Of a stretch of 64,000 nucleotides of DNA, positions 49,406-58,470 are shown piece after piece. Every line of letters begins with the position of its first letter. Positions within the stretch are counted from its first letter, which is position 1. The notes under the pieces were generated by a model. It saw only the letters and a program-made list of their open reading frames with translations, did not search any database and was not told the DNA's origin. This stretch comes from Syntrophaceae bacterium (GTDB taxonomy: Bacteria > Desulfobacterota > BSN033 > UBA1163). The stretch lies in contig JACAEX010000043.1 in the NCBI GenBank assembly GCA_013388635.1, positions 44,073 through 108,072 of the forward strand. Reading direction: 5' to 3'. Both the position numbers and the translations under genes were made by a program.

Positions 49406-50986
49406 ATGAAGAGAGATTTGGAGATCTGGGTCTTCGGAGATCATCGCAATCATCCCAGGGATCGTCTGACCCTGCAGGTCCTGGCAAAGGCGAGGACCCT
49501 TTCCGAAAATACGGGAAGGGTGACGGTGGTCCTCTTGGGACATCAGATGGAGGATATCGCAAGGGAGTATATCGCCTACGGTGCCCAGCGTATCCTCATG
49601 GTCGATCATCCAGAGCTTGCCGTCTATCGGGCAGATCTATTCACAGGTATGATCAGCGATCTGATTCAGGAAGAAAGACCGGATATCTTTCTCTTGGGAG
49701 CGTCAGGGTTTGGAAGAGAGCTGGCTGCCAGAATCGCTAAACGGATCGGAGCAGGCCTCGGCGCAGATTGCGTCTCCCTGGATTGGGATGAGCAGAAGCA
49801 GATGCTGATCGCCTCCAGTCCAGCGTTTGGTGGAAACTTCCTGGCACAGATCTGCTGGAGTTCTGTTAGACCTTCCATGGCCACGGTCAGCCCTGGAAGC
49901 TTTCCCGAACGGCCTTATGATAAGGCTGCTCATGGGGAGATTGTGAAGGTGAGAAGAGATCTGAATCAGGCCTTCTCAAGAATCAGAGTGATCTCCTCTG
50001 TTCGAGAGCCAACCCGATCTGCCAGACTGGAAGAGGCTAAGATCGTGGTCGCCGGTGGCCGGGGAATGAAAGATCTCCAGGGATTCGACCATATCCGAGA
50101 ACTCTCCCTGCTCCTGGGAGGCGAGGTGGGTGCAACCCGGCCGGCTGTCGATGCCCACTGGACATCGGATGAGCAATTGATCGGCCAGACCGGGAAGTCG
50201 ATCAGACCACAGCTTCTGATCACCTGCGGCACCTCTGGTGCAATCCAGTACACTGCTGCCATTCGAGGCTCAGGGACGATTGTGGCTGTCAATCGTGATC
50301 CCCATGCCCCAATATTCAAGATGGCCGATTTCGGAGTGGTGACCGACGCCCTATCCTTCCTGCCCGCCTTCATTGCCGAGGTAAAAGGCCATCTCTTCAG
50401 GGAGATTGCAGATCTCTATCGCCATCAGGTCCGAATCGGAAGGGATCAGATGCCGGTCTCTTTCGGCCAGCGGATAAAGAAGTTGAGGGAAGACCGGAGG
50501 ATGAGCGTCGCAGAGATGGCAGAAAAGACAGGCCAGCCACCGGAGTTCATCAAGGAGGTGGAGTCGGACAGTCTGACGCCTCCGGTTTCGTTCTTATTAC
50601 AACTCTCCCATGCCCTTCAGATCGACCCGAGCAACTTTCTAACAGAGCAGGAGAAGGTCCAGATCGGCGGAAAGAGGCAGGAGGCATTTGTAAAGCGCAC
50701 CCAGAACTACTCCTACCGGACCCTCACCCCAGGGGCTGCGGACAAACACCTCCGCTCCTTCATGGTCACGATTGAGCCCAGAGAGAAGCATAAGATGGTG
50801 GAGTATAAACACCCGGGAGAGGAGTTCATCTTTGTCTATAAGGGAGAGCTGGAACTGACGCTGGGGACCAAGGTGATCCATTTGAAGCAGGGAGAGACCA
50901 TCCACTTTGACTCCGAAACGAAACACAAACTCCGAAACCTCTCCGATGAGAAATGCGAACTGATCGTCACCCTCTACACCCCGTAA
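49406..50986 (+). CDS. etfA: Electron transfer flavoprotein alpha subunit fused to XRE-HTH and cupin domains
   Basis: aa 1-~330 are EtfA (VAGGRG, GATRPAVD, IGQTGK, GTSGAIQ); aa ~350-526 are FGQRIKKLRE HTH plus HPGEEFIFVYKG cupin; no intervening stop. Confidence 0.9.
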   Translation: MKRDLEIWVFGDHRNHPRDRLTLQVLAKARTLSENTGRVTVVLLGHQMEDIAREYIAYGAQRILMVDHPELAVYRADLFTGMISDLIQEERPDIFLLGASGFGRELAARIAKRIGAGLGADCVSLDWDEQKQMLIASSPAFGGNFLAQICWSSVRPSMATVSPGSFPERPYDKAAHGEIVKVRRDLNQAFSRIRVISSVREPTRSARLEEAKIVVAGGRGMKDLQGFDHIRELSLLLGGEVGATRPAVDAHWTSDEQLIGQTGKSIRPQLLITCGTSGAIQYTAAIRGSGTIVAVNRDPHAPIFKMADFGVVTDALSFLPAFIAEVKGHLFREIADLYRHQVRIGRDQMPVSFGQRIKKLREDRRMSVAEMAEKTGQPPEFIKEVESDSLTPPVSFLLQLSHALQIDPSNFLTEQEKVQIGGKRQEAFVKRTQNYSYRTLTPGAADKHLRSFMVTIEPREKHKMVEYKHPGEEFIFVYKGELELTLGTKVIHLKQGETIHFDSETKHKLRNLSDEKCELIVTLYTP

Positions 50987-51174
50987 AATTGTTTCAAATT
51001 GGACTAAAAAAATAGAACCTTAATTGAGCAGTCCTCACCATTTCCGTGCAGATCAGGTTCAACAGATTCACGCCACTTTCGATTCGACGAATGGGGAAAT
51101 ACTGTGCTATACTTTTAACCTACCTGATCCGTTTAGTCAGGTCATCGATCCTCATGATGAGAGGAGAAAATTGA

Positions 51175-51789
51175 GTGCCTAAAAGATCCTGCTTTTTCGT
51201 CCTTTGTCTCTTGCTTCTCTCCCTTTCTCTTTTCGGATGTCCCAAGAGAGTGGCCAAACTTCCTCCCCTGGAGGCGCCCCCGATCAAGAATCCGATCGTC
51301 AAACTCCTTGAAGCCTTCTCGCCTGCAGAATCTCTTCAGGCCAGGACCTCGATCCGGATCGAAACCGTAAGGAGCGGCCAGGAGATGAATTTCCTGCTCA
51401 ACGGCTTCATCCTTTACCAAAGGCCGGACAGGTTTCGACTGCTCGGCTATCACCCGTTTGGAATGGGTCTATTCGACGCCCTCTACCGAGACGGAGAGTT
51501 CTTCCTCCTCGTCCCCCCACAGAAAAGAGCCTACATCGGAGAAGCCTCCCAGTTCGACGACCTGATGGAGAGGGCGGGTGAAATTCAGATCGTGACGGAG
51601 AGGGGCGAGGCCAATGAGATCCCAACCCGGATCCGTATCGATTTGGTCGCCAAAGAGACTCGCATCGACCTTCGATTAAAGGAGATCCAGGTCAATCCGT
51701 CCATGCCAGAGGATTCCTTCCGATGGGTCGTCCCGGAAGAGGTAGATGTCCAACCGCTTGAGAAGCTCTTAAGAAAGAGACCGAGATAA
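51175..51789 (+). CDS. Lipoprotein, LolA/LolB-like fold (putative)
   Basis: Signal peptide with lipobox LFGC; RPDRFRL and C-terminal VNPSMPEDSF resemble Lol-type proteins. Confidence 0.55.
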   Translation: MPKRSCFFVLCLLLLSLSLFGCPKRVAKLPPLEAPPIKNPIVKLLEAFSPAESLQARTSIRIETVRSGQEMNFLLNGFILYQRPDRFRLLGYHPFGMGLFDALYRDGEFFLLVPPQKRAYIGEASQFDDLMERAGEIQIVTERGEANEIPTRIRIDLVAKETRIDLRLKEIQVNPSMPEDSFRWVVPEEVDVQPLEKLLRKRPR

Positions 51790-51874
51790 TGAAACTCATC
51801 TCAAGCGTCGGAATATTCTGGTAATCGGGATCCCAGGTTGAAAAACCAATTGAGGACATCTTACAATTTCTCCA

Positions 51875-53464
51875 ATGGCAAAAGTGGACTGCCTCTTCAT
51901 CCATGTCCCCAAGCTGAAAAATCACTACCGCCCCATTGATCAGTTTATCTGGATCAACTTCCTTCCGATGGGCCTCCTCGGATTGGCAGACCTCCTTCAA
52001 CGCCATGGCATCTCAACCGAGATCGTCCACATGGGAGTGGAGTGGATCGAAGATCATCATTTCTCCATTGTCAATTATGTCCGAGAGAAGAATCCACGGA
52101 TGATTGCGATGGACCTCCACTGGCACCATCAGAGTTTCGATGTGATTGAGATGGCCAAGAGGTTGAAGGCTGCCTTCTCCGACCTCTATCTTTTACTCGG
52201 AGGGTTCACCGCCAGTTTTTTTCATGAAGAGATCCTGAGGAACTTTGATGCGATCGATGGGATCATCCGGGGTGAAGCAGAAGAGCCGATTTTACAGCTG
52301 GCCCGGGCGCTTCTCCAGGGAAAAGAGGACCTCTTCTCCGTGCCCAACCTCACCTGGAGGAGGGGAAAAAGAGTCCTGGTCAACCCCCTTTCCTATGTGG
52401 CCTCGGAGGAGGATCTCAACGCTCTTTCCTTCACAGACTTTCAGTTGTTAAAGAATTATCCGACCTACATCCGCTACATCGGCCAACCCTTTTATGTGAA
52501 GGGTCTCTCCAAGGAGAAAAATTTCAAGTTCTATTCCTTAAAATCGCCGACCTATCATCTTACGGTTGGAAGAGGCTGTCCTGTCCAATGCACCTGGTGC
52601 AGCGGCAATATCCCTTCTCAGGAGACGGTGACAGGTCGAAAGGAGGTGGTCTTCAGAGGGGTGGAGGAGGTCCTCCAATCGATCAGAGAAGCCTTCTCCT
52701 ATGGGTATGAGAGTTTCCACATCTGTTTCGATCCCTATCCCCAAAGACCTGAATACTTTCTCGACCTCTTCTCTCATATCCGGAAAGAGAGGATCCAGAT
52801 GGAATGTGTCTTTGAATCCTTCGGGCTACCAGCAGTCGATTTTATTAAATCCTTTAAGGAGACCTTCCCCGGAGAAAAATCCCGGATCGCCCTCTCACCC
52901 GATGCCGGATCGGATCGGCTGAGGAGGATGCACAAAGGTTATGCCTACACCAATCGGGAATTGATGGAGTGCCTTGAGCGATCGAAAGAGCACGGAGTCC
53001 TCTGCGACCTTTTCTTTATCCTGGGCCTCCCGTTTGAGAAGGAAGGAGATCTTCACGAAATGGTTCGACTCCAAAGAGAGGTCCGCCACCGATACCCCAA
53101 TGTGAGAGGAATCCGCACCTTCACGGTCCAGATGGAGCCAGGCTCTCCCTGGCACCTCGATCCCGAAGCGTTCGGGGTGAAGACCTCTCTTCGGAATTTT
53201 ATGGATTTTTACCATTATCATTCTGAGGAGGGTAGCCCATTTTCCTCTCCGGGATACTGGATCCCGGACTACTTCCAGGGGGTGGAGGATGAGAGCAATT
53301 TCGAAAAGAGATTGAAGAAGATCCAATGTCGCCACTTCTGCTTCATCCATCCCGACGTCAGGAAGTCATCAAGCCCATTCTGGGGAAGAAGGTTCTGCGA
53401 CCTGTCGAATCTTTTATGGAAAATAAAGGCGTTGTCAGGGAGGAAAGAAATTGATATATTTTAA
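51875..53464 (+). CDS. Cobalamin-binding radical SAM protein
   Basis: PMGLLGLA, LGGFTAS, GEAE, GRGCPVQCTWC. Confidence 0.87.
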   Translation: MAKVDCLFIHVPKLKNHYRPIDQFIWINFLPMGLLGLADLLQRHGISTEIVHMGVEWIEDHHFSIVNYVREKNPRMIAMDLHWHHQSFDVIEMAKRLKAAFSDLYLLLGGFTASFFHEEILRNFDAIDGIIRGEAEEPILQLARALLQGKEDLFSVPNLTWRRGKRVLVNPLSYVASEEDLNALSFTDFQLLKNYPTYIRYIGQPFYVKGLSKEKNFKFYSLKSPTYHLTVGRGCPVQCTWCSGNIPSQETVTGRKEVVFRGVEEVLQSIREAFSYGYESFHICFDPYPQRPEYFLDLFSHIRKERIQMECVFESFGLPAVDFIKSFKETFPGEKSRIALSPDAGSDRLRRMHKGYAYTNRELMECLERSKEHGVLCDLFFILGLPFEKEGDLHEMVRLQREVRHRYPNVRGIRTFTVQMEPGSPWHLDPEAFGVKTSLRNFMDFYHYHSEEGSPFSSPGYWIPDYFQGVEDESNFEKRLKKIQCRHFCFIHPDVRKSSSPFWGRRFCDLSNLLWKIKALSGRKEIDIF

Positions 53465-53491
53465 AAATCTTGACAGAAGGAGGTATGGGCC

Positions 53492-54280
53492 ATGAAGAAA
53501 TCCAATCTTGTTCTCTGTGTGATGTCAATCTTGTTGCTGGTCCTCTCAGTCCCTCTCCATGCTGAAGAGATCGGCAGGGGGGTGAAGGTCACCTACCTGG
53601 GCCATGCCGCATTCAAGCTGGTCTCTCCCAATGGAGTGGTCATTTACCTCGATCCTTTCCTGAGCGGGAACCCTAAGACACCGCCCGAGCTGAAGACCGT
53701 GGAAAAGGCTGATCTCATCCTCGTCACCCATGGCCATGCGGACCATGTGGGCGATACGCTTGCCATCGCAGAAAAGACGAATGCGAAGATCGTTGTGATC
53801 CCTGAGTTAGGAAGATACCTGACCCGGAAGGGCGCCAAGAATGTGGTCGGGATGAATAAGGGAGGGACCTACACCTCCCATGGCATGGCGATCACCATGG
53901 TTCATGCCCTGCACAGCTCCAGCATCACCGAAGGGGATCAGGTGATCTATGCGGGAGACCCCGCGGGGTTCGTCATCCGGTTTGAGAATGGGTTCACCGT
54001 CTATCACGCAGGCGATACCGGATTGTTCGGAGATATGAAGCTCATCGGTGAGATCTATAAACCCGATCTCTCTCTTCTTCCGATCGGAAGCCATTTCACC
54101 ATGGATCCCAGAGAGGCAACCTACGCAGCAAAACTTTTAGGATCGAAGTATGTGATCCCCATGCATTACGGGACCTTTCCGGTTTTGACAGGGACGGCAG
54201 AAGAGTTCGTGAGATTGATGACGAAAGAGGTTCCAAAGACCAAGGTGCTGGTATTAAAACCGGGACAGATGGTTCAGTAG
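53492..54280 (+). CDS. Metallo-beta-lactamase-fold hydrolase (UPF0173-like) with signal peptide
   Basis: YLGHAAF, THGHADH, YHAGDT, IPMHYGTF. Confidence 0.88.
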   Translation: MKKSNLVLCVMSILLLVLSVPLHAEEIGRGVKVTYLGHAAFKLVSPNGVVIYLDPFLSGNPKTPPELKTVEKADLILVTHGHADHVGDTLAIAEKTNAKIVVIPELGRYLTRKGAKNVVGMNKGGTYTSHGMAITMVHALHSSSITEGDQVIYAGDPAGFVIRFENGFTVYHAGDTGLFGDMKLIGEIYKPDLSLLPIGSHFTMDPREATYAAKLLGSKYVIPMHYGTFPVLTGTAEEFVRLMTKEVPKTKVLVLKPGQMVQ

Positions 54281-54298
54281 GTGTTTCCCAATATTATA

Positions 54299-54325
54299 GC
54301 CCACGGGGCACAGAGTCCCGTGGGC
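54299..54325. terminator. Hairpin between convergent genes
   Basis: GCCCACGGG-N9-CCCGTGGGC. Confidence 0.55.
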
Positions 54326-54335
54326 CCTTCTTCTC

Positions 54336-55268
54336 CTACACCCTTTCGAGTTTTGTGCTGATCACATGTTTAAAGGCTGCCACCACTTCTGGATCGAACT
54401 GTTTCCCTGCGTTGGCCACGATCTCCTCCAATGCTTCCCATGGCGGCATGCCCTTTCGGTACGGGCGGTCGGTCGTCATCGCATCGAACGAGTCAGCCAC
54501 CGCAATGATACGAGCAGCGAGAGGAATCTTCGCCGCATCCCTATCATCGGTAAGGCTATCGACGAAATACTTATGGTGGGCGACCACAATGGGGACGACC
54601 TCTTTGAGCACAGAGCCCACCGAGGTGAGGATGTAGGCACCCTTGACCACATGGGCATCCATTAACTCCCGCTCATCCGTAGTCAGGTCTGCGGCCTTTC
54701 GCAAGATCTCGCCACTGACATCGATCTTACCGATGTCGTGAAGCAGGCCGGCCACCCGAACGTTTTCGATCTCGTTTCGAGGGAGATCCATGATGATCGC
54801 CGTCTCCATGGCAAGTTCAGACACCCGAACGGAATGACCTTTGGTGTAGGGATCTGTCGATTCGAGATACTTGGAAAGGATTTCGAGAATCCCGATGTAA
54901 GCGTTTTTCAGATCCCGTACCTTCTCCTCGTTCTGTTCATACAGGGTACCGACGACGACACTGGCCAGGATGAGAAAGCCGCCCCACGAAGAGAGTTTTG
55001 CAATGCTGAGCCAGAACATCTTTTCATCGAAGAAACGTTGCGGAGAGCCCAGGACGAAGTAGAGAACGGCTAAGATGGATAAGACAGCGGTGAGAACCCC
55101 CATTCGCCTTCCCAGGTAATAACCGGCAACCAGGACCGGCAGATAGTAGAAGTTGAAGATAAAAGTCTTTTCCTCGACATAATGGGTTCCGACAAATCCA
55201 CCAACCAGGATGATGAAGACAATAATCCTTTCAAAGTGTCTCAGAACGAACTGTTTGAAATTCTCCAT
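54336..55268 (-). CDS. Membrane-anchored HD-GYP-like phosphohydrolase
   Basis: N-terminal TM segments, YTKGHSVRV, LLHDIGK, ARIIAVADSFDAMTTDRPYR, QFDP. Confidence 0.87.
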   Translation of the reverse strand: MENFKQFVLRHFERIIVFIILVGGFVGTHYVEEKTFIFNFYYLPVLVAGYYLGRRMGVLTAVLSILAVLYFVLGSPQRFFDEKMFWLSIAKLSSWGGFLILASVVVGTLYEQNEEKVRDLKNAYIGILEILSKYLESTDPYTKGHSVRVSELAMETAIIMDLPRNEIENVRVAGLLHDIGKIDVSGEILRKAADLTTDERELMDAHVVKGAYILTSVGSVLKEVVPIVVAHHKYFVDSLTDDRDAAKIPLAARIIAVADSFDAMTTDRPYRKGMPPWEALEEIVANAGKQFDPEVVAAFKHVISTKLERV

Positions 55269-55375
55269 AATCCTTCTTCTCCAGGATCCTCCCGATTTGC
55301 CATGATCTCTTAGAGCGGGATCTTGTTCACGACTGAGTCCTAATATAAATTCTGATCAACGTCAAGGGATAAAGA

Positions 55376-55424
55376 CAGGATGCAAGATACAAGATACAAG
55401 ATTCAGGACACAAGATATAGGATA
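55376..55424. repeat. 7-bp tandem repeat, CAAGATA consensus, 7 units
   Basis: CAGGATG CAAGATA CAAGATA CAAGATT CAGGACA CAAGATA TAGGATA. Confidence 0.8.
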
Positions 55425-55638
55425 AATGATTCATAATTTCCGGAAGGTCATTTCTATCGTCTGCTCGCCAAATGCATTTTCTGTACCAACATTTGAGTAG
55501 ACCAAACTTATTAGAATTTAAAAAGAATTTACCTTTGAGCAGAGACAATAAAGAGATGCAGTCACATTTTTGGTAATGGCTGGGGAAATTTTGTCCACCC
55601 TTGCCCCCTGCCGGCTGAAATCTAATAGGGCAACCACT

Positions 55639-57039
55639 CTAAATCCCTCTTTCAGGATCTCTTGTGAGACGGTGGTCAGATACCTCTGCAACGCCTACGG
55701 GCGCGGAACAGCCTCTCACAGAAACCTCGCCCAACCTCCGAAGCCGGTAGGGGTGGCCGGTTGGCAGGCGACTGGCCACCTGATCGGAAATCAGCATATC
55801 GACGCCCAGGGATTTTGTCAGTTCCTCCAGGCGTTTGGCCAGATTGACGGTGAGGCCAAGAACTGTGGAATCCATCCGATTGGAAGAGCCAATGGTTCCT
55901 AAAATCACTGGGCCACTGTGAAGGCCGATCCCGATCCTGATGCACTGGTCGCTTCTGAGATTCTTCTCACCATTGAACGATTTCACGAGGGAAAGCATAT
56001 CCAGGCCGCAGGCCACCCCCCTTTCCGCAGAATTGGGCTCTTCAAAGATACAAAGAATTGCATCGCCGATGAATTTGTCGATCACCCCTTGATTTTGAGT
56101 GACCGCAGAGGTCATTCTTTCGAGGATCTGGTTGAGAAAGGAGAGCAGTTCACCGGGGTTGAGCTGCTCGGAAAGGGCCGTAAAGCCCCGGATGTCGCAA
56201 CAGAGGATCGTCACCCACTGCCGGTCGGCCTCGCCCAAACGGATCGCGGCCAGTCCTTCCCTCGCAATTCTGCGAAGGTAGGCAGGGGGGACGAACCGTT
56301 CAAAGACGTCGCGGGCCTCTCGAACGGCTCTCTCTAACGAGCGAAAATGGAGTCCAACAGCGATGGTTAAGAAGACCGAGAGCCAGAAAGAGGCGAACCA
56401 CAAGATCTGCTCTTTAATGAAGATCGTCACGCCGGCGACGCGGAGAGAGTCATGAACTCCACCCAAAAACCAGATCAGGAGCCCCGAGGCAGCAGGCAGG
56501 AGATACGTCCGTTCTTCTTTAAAACGTCGTAGCCTCACCACGGTCCATGACAGGTAAAAAAGGCATGCGATCAAACAGTAACAGAGGATCAATGGCCGGA
56601 GGAACTGGGACTGGGGTCGCAAGACATTGACTGCGATCCGATCGGGCTCGAGCGGAAACCCAAAGAACCCGGGCCCCTCTCCCAGTAAGGCTACGGCAGC
56701 CAAAAAGAGGCTGGTTCCGGTCAAGGCCCATGTGAACCCGCTCGGCCTCTCGTTGATAAGGGTGGAGTAGAACCAGAGCCAACTGGCTGGCAGCATCGCC
56801 AAAGCGGCAAACATCACTCTGTATCCCAACAGGATGGACTCTGGTGAGCCCTGAAGGCTGTAGAGAACCCATCCCGAGAAACAGAATGTTATAAAGAGAT
56901 TGAAGAACAGGAGGCCCCGCAAAGGTCGGTAATGGCGGTAGAGGGCCATGACGATCAAACACAAAATAGTCATGACCGCATTGGCGACGAAACCGAAGAG
57001 GGGTCCCACGCTGTAACGGGGAATGGACTCAGGCAGCAT
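55639..57039 (-). CDS. Class III adenylate/guanylate cyclase with multi-TM N-terminus
   Basis: CDIRGFT, DKFIGDA, GIGLHSG, TVNLAKRLE. Confidence 0.9.
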   Translation of the reverse strand: MLPESIPRYSVGPLFGFVANAVMTILCLIVMALYRHYRPLRGLLFFNLFITFCFSGWVLYSLQGSPESILLGYRVMFAALAMLPASWLWFYSTLINERPSGFTWALTGTSLFLAAVALLGEGPGFFGFPLEPDRIAVNVLRPQSQFLRPLILCYCLIACLFYLSWTVVRLRRFKEERTYLLPAASGLLIWFLGGVHDSLRVAGVTIFIKEQILWFASFWLSVFLTIAVGLHFRSLERAVREARDVFERFVPPAYLRRIAREGLAAIRLGEADRQWVTILCCDIRGFTALSEQLNPGELLSFLNQILERMTSAVTQNQGVIDKFIGDAILCIFEEPNSAERGVACGLDMLSLVKSFNGEKNLRSDQCIRIGIGLHSGPVILGTIGSSNRMDSTVLGLTVNLAKRLEELTKSLGVDMLISDQVASRLPTGHPYRLRRLGEVSVRGCSAPVGVAEVSDHRLTRDPERGI

Positions 57040-57284
57040 GGTCGATCTCTTTAAACTTATGGGTAAAAGATCTCTTCGACCTCCTTCTGTCTCTTCTGGC
57101 CACGCTCCAATCCTGTGAATCAGGATCGTGTAAAAGTTTACTAAATTAGGGAAAAGGAATCAATTGGGAATTTAAACTGGTTTTCCGAATTTCACATTGG
57201 CCAAATTTCTTGACAATTGGAACGAAATGCGATAATTAGATTGCCTAGAATCAATCGGGATATCATTAGAAAGGTTGAAGTCTT

Positions 57285-58397
57285 ATGAAAAGAGATCCGA
57301 TACGAATTGCTGTCGTAGGCGTTGGAAATTGTGCCAGTGCCCTCATCCAAGGGATTGAATTTTACAGGGAGAAAGGTTTGAAGGATCCAAATTTTGAGGC
57401 CCTAGGCTTGATGCACCTCGATATCGGAGGTTACAAGCCCTGGGATATTGAAGTGGGAGCGGCTTTCGATGTCGATCGCAGAAAGGTGGGAAAACCTCTT
57501 AAAGAGGCCATCTTCGCCAAGCCCAACTGCACCAAAATCCTCTACCCCAACCTGAACGACTCAGGGGTGATCGTCTCCATGGGCCATGTTCTGGATGGGG
57601 TTTCCGAACATATGAAGGACTACCCTGAGGAGAGGACCTTCGTCCTGGCGAATGAAAAACCTTGCAATGTGGAAAAGGTGCTCAGAGATTCCGGGATAGA
57701 CATCCTTCTCAACTATCTTCCCGTGGGATCTGATCGGGCAGCAGCCTTCTATGCAGAGGCCTGCCTCAACGCAGGGGTGAGTCTGATCAATTGTATGCCG
57801 AGCTTCATCGTCTCCGACCCTCGGTGGGCGAAACGGTTTGAAGAAAAGGGCATTCCAGCTGTGGGGGACGACGTCAAGTCCCAGATGGGTGCGACCATCA
57901 TCCATCGAGCCCTGGTCAAACTCTTTGAGGACCGCGGGGTGCGATTGGACCGAACCTACCAGATCAATACAGGAGGGAACACCGACTTCCTCAATATGCT
58001 GAACCGGGATCGATTGAAGAGCAAACGGATCTCAAAAACAGAGGCGATCCAATCGCAACTCGGCATCCCTCTGGAACCGGAGAATATCCACATCGGTCCT
58101 TCAGACTATGTCCCCTGGCAGAATGATAATAAGGTCTGCTTTCTCCGTATGGAAGGAAGGGGATTTGGAGAGGTTCCGCTCAACCTGGAGCTGAGACTCT
58201 CTGTCGAGGACTCACCCAATAGCGGCGGCATGACCATTGATGCGATCCGGTGCTGTCAGATTGCGCGTGAACGAGAGATCGGCGGTCCTCTCACCTCCAT
58301 CTCTGCCTATGCCATGAAACACCCCCTCGTCCAAATTCCGGACGAGCAGGCCAAACTGATGGTGGAGGAGTTCATTGCAGGGAAGAGGGAACGGTGA
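57285..58397 (+). CDS. ino1: Myo-inositol-1-phosphate synthase
   Basis: VGVGNCASAL, NYLPVGS, GDDVKSQ, GGNTDFLNM, EDSPNS. Confidence 0.95.
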   Translation: MKRDPIRIAVVGVGNCASALIQGIEFYREKGLKDPNFEALGLMHLDIGGYKPWDIEVGAAFDVDRRKVGKPLKEAIFAKPNCTKILYPNLNDSGVIVSMGHVLDGVSEHMKDYPEERTFVLANEKPCNVEKVLRDSGIDILLNYLPVGSDRAAAFYAEACLNAGVSLINCMPSFIVSDPRWAKRFEEKGIPAVGDDVKSQMGATIIHRALVKLFEDRGVRLDRTYQINTGGNTDFLNMLNRDRLKSKRISKTEAIQSQLGIPLEPENIHIGPSDYVPWQNDNKVCFLRMEGRGFGEVPLNLELRLSVEDSPNSGGMTIDAIRCCQIAREREIGGPLTSISAYAMKHPLVQIPDEQAKLMVEEFIAGKRER

Positions 58398-58400
58398 GGA

Positions 58401-58456
58401 AAGTTTGGAGTTAAGAGTTTTGAGTTTTGAATTTTGAGTTTTGAATTTTGAATTGG
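58401..58456. repeat. 7-bp tandem repeat, GARTTTT consensus, 8 units
   Basis: GAGTTTT/GAATTTT units between convergent genes. Confidence 0.82.
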
Positions 58457-58470
58457 TATCGTTAAGATGT

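Noticed and set aside
50987-51174. RiPP precursor peptide for the nearby radical SAM enzyme
   Set aside because: No convincing short ORF with an RBS or leader/core pattern.
57210-57236. TTGACA...GATAAT promoter upstream of ino1
   Set aside because: The hexamer spacing is only 15 bp, so it was not listed as a feature.
15320-58397. Complete inositol pathway (iolB-like, Gfo/Idh/MocA, ino1)
   Set aside because: The genes are far apart, iolC/D/E are absent, and Ino1 is biosynthetic.
58401-58456. Short repeat tracts as CRISPR arrays
   Set aside because: Contiguous 6-7-bp units with no spacers, and no cas genes in the window.
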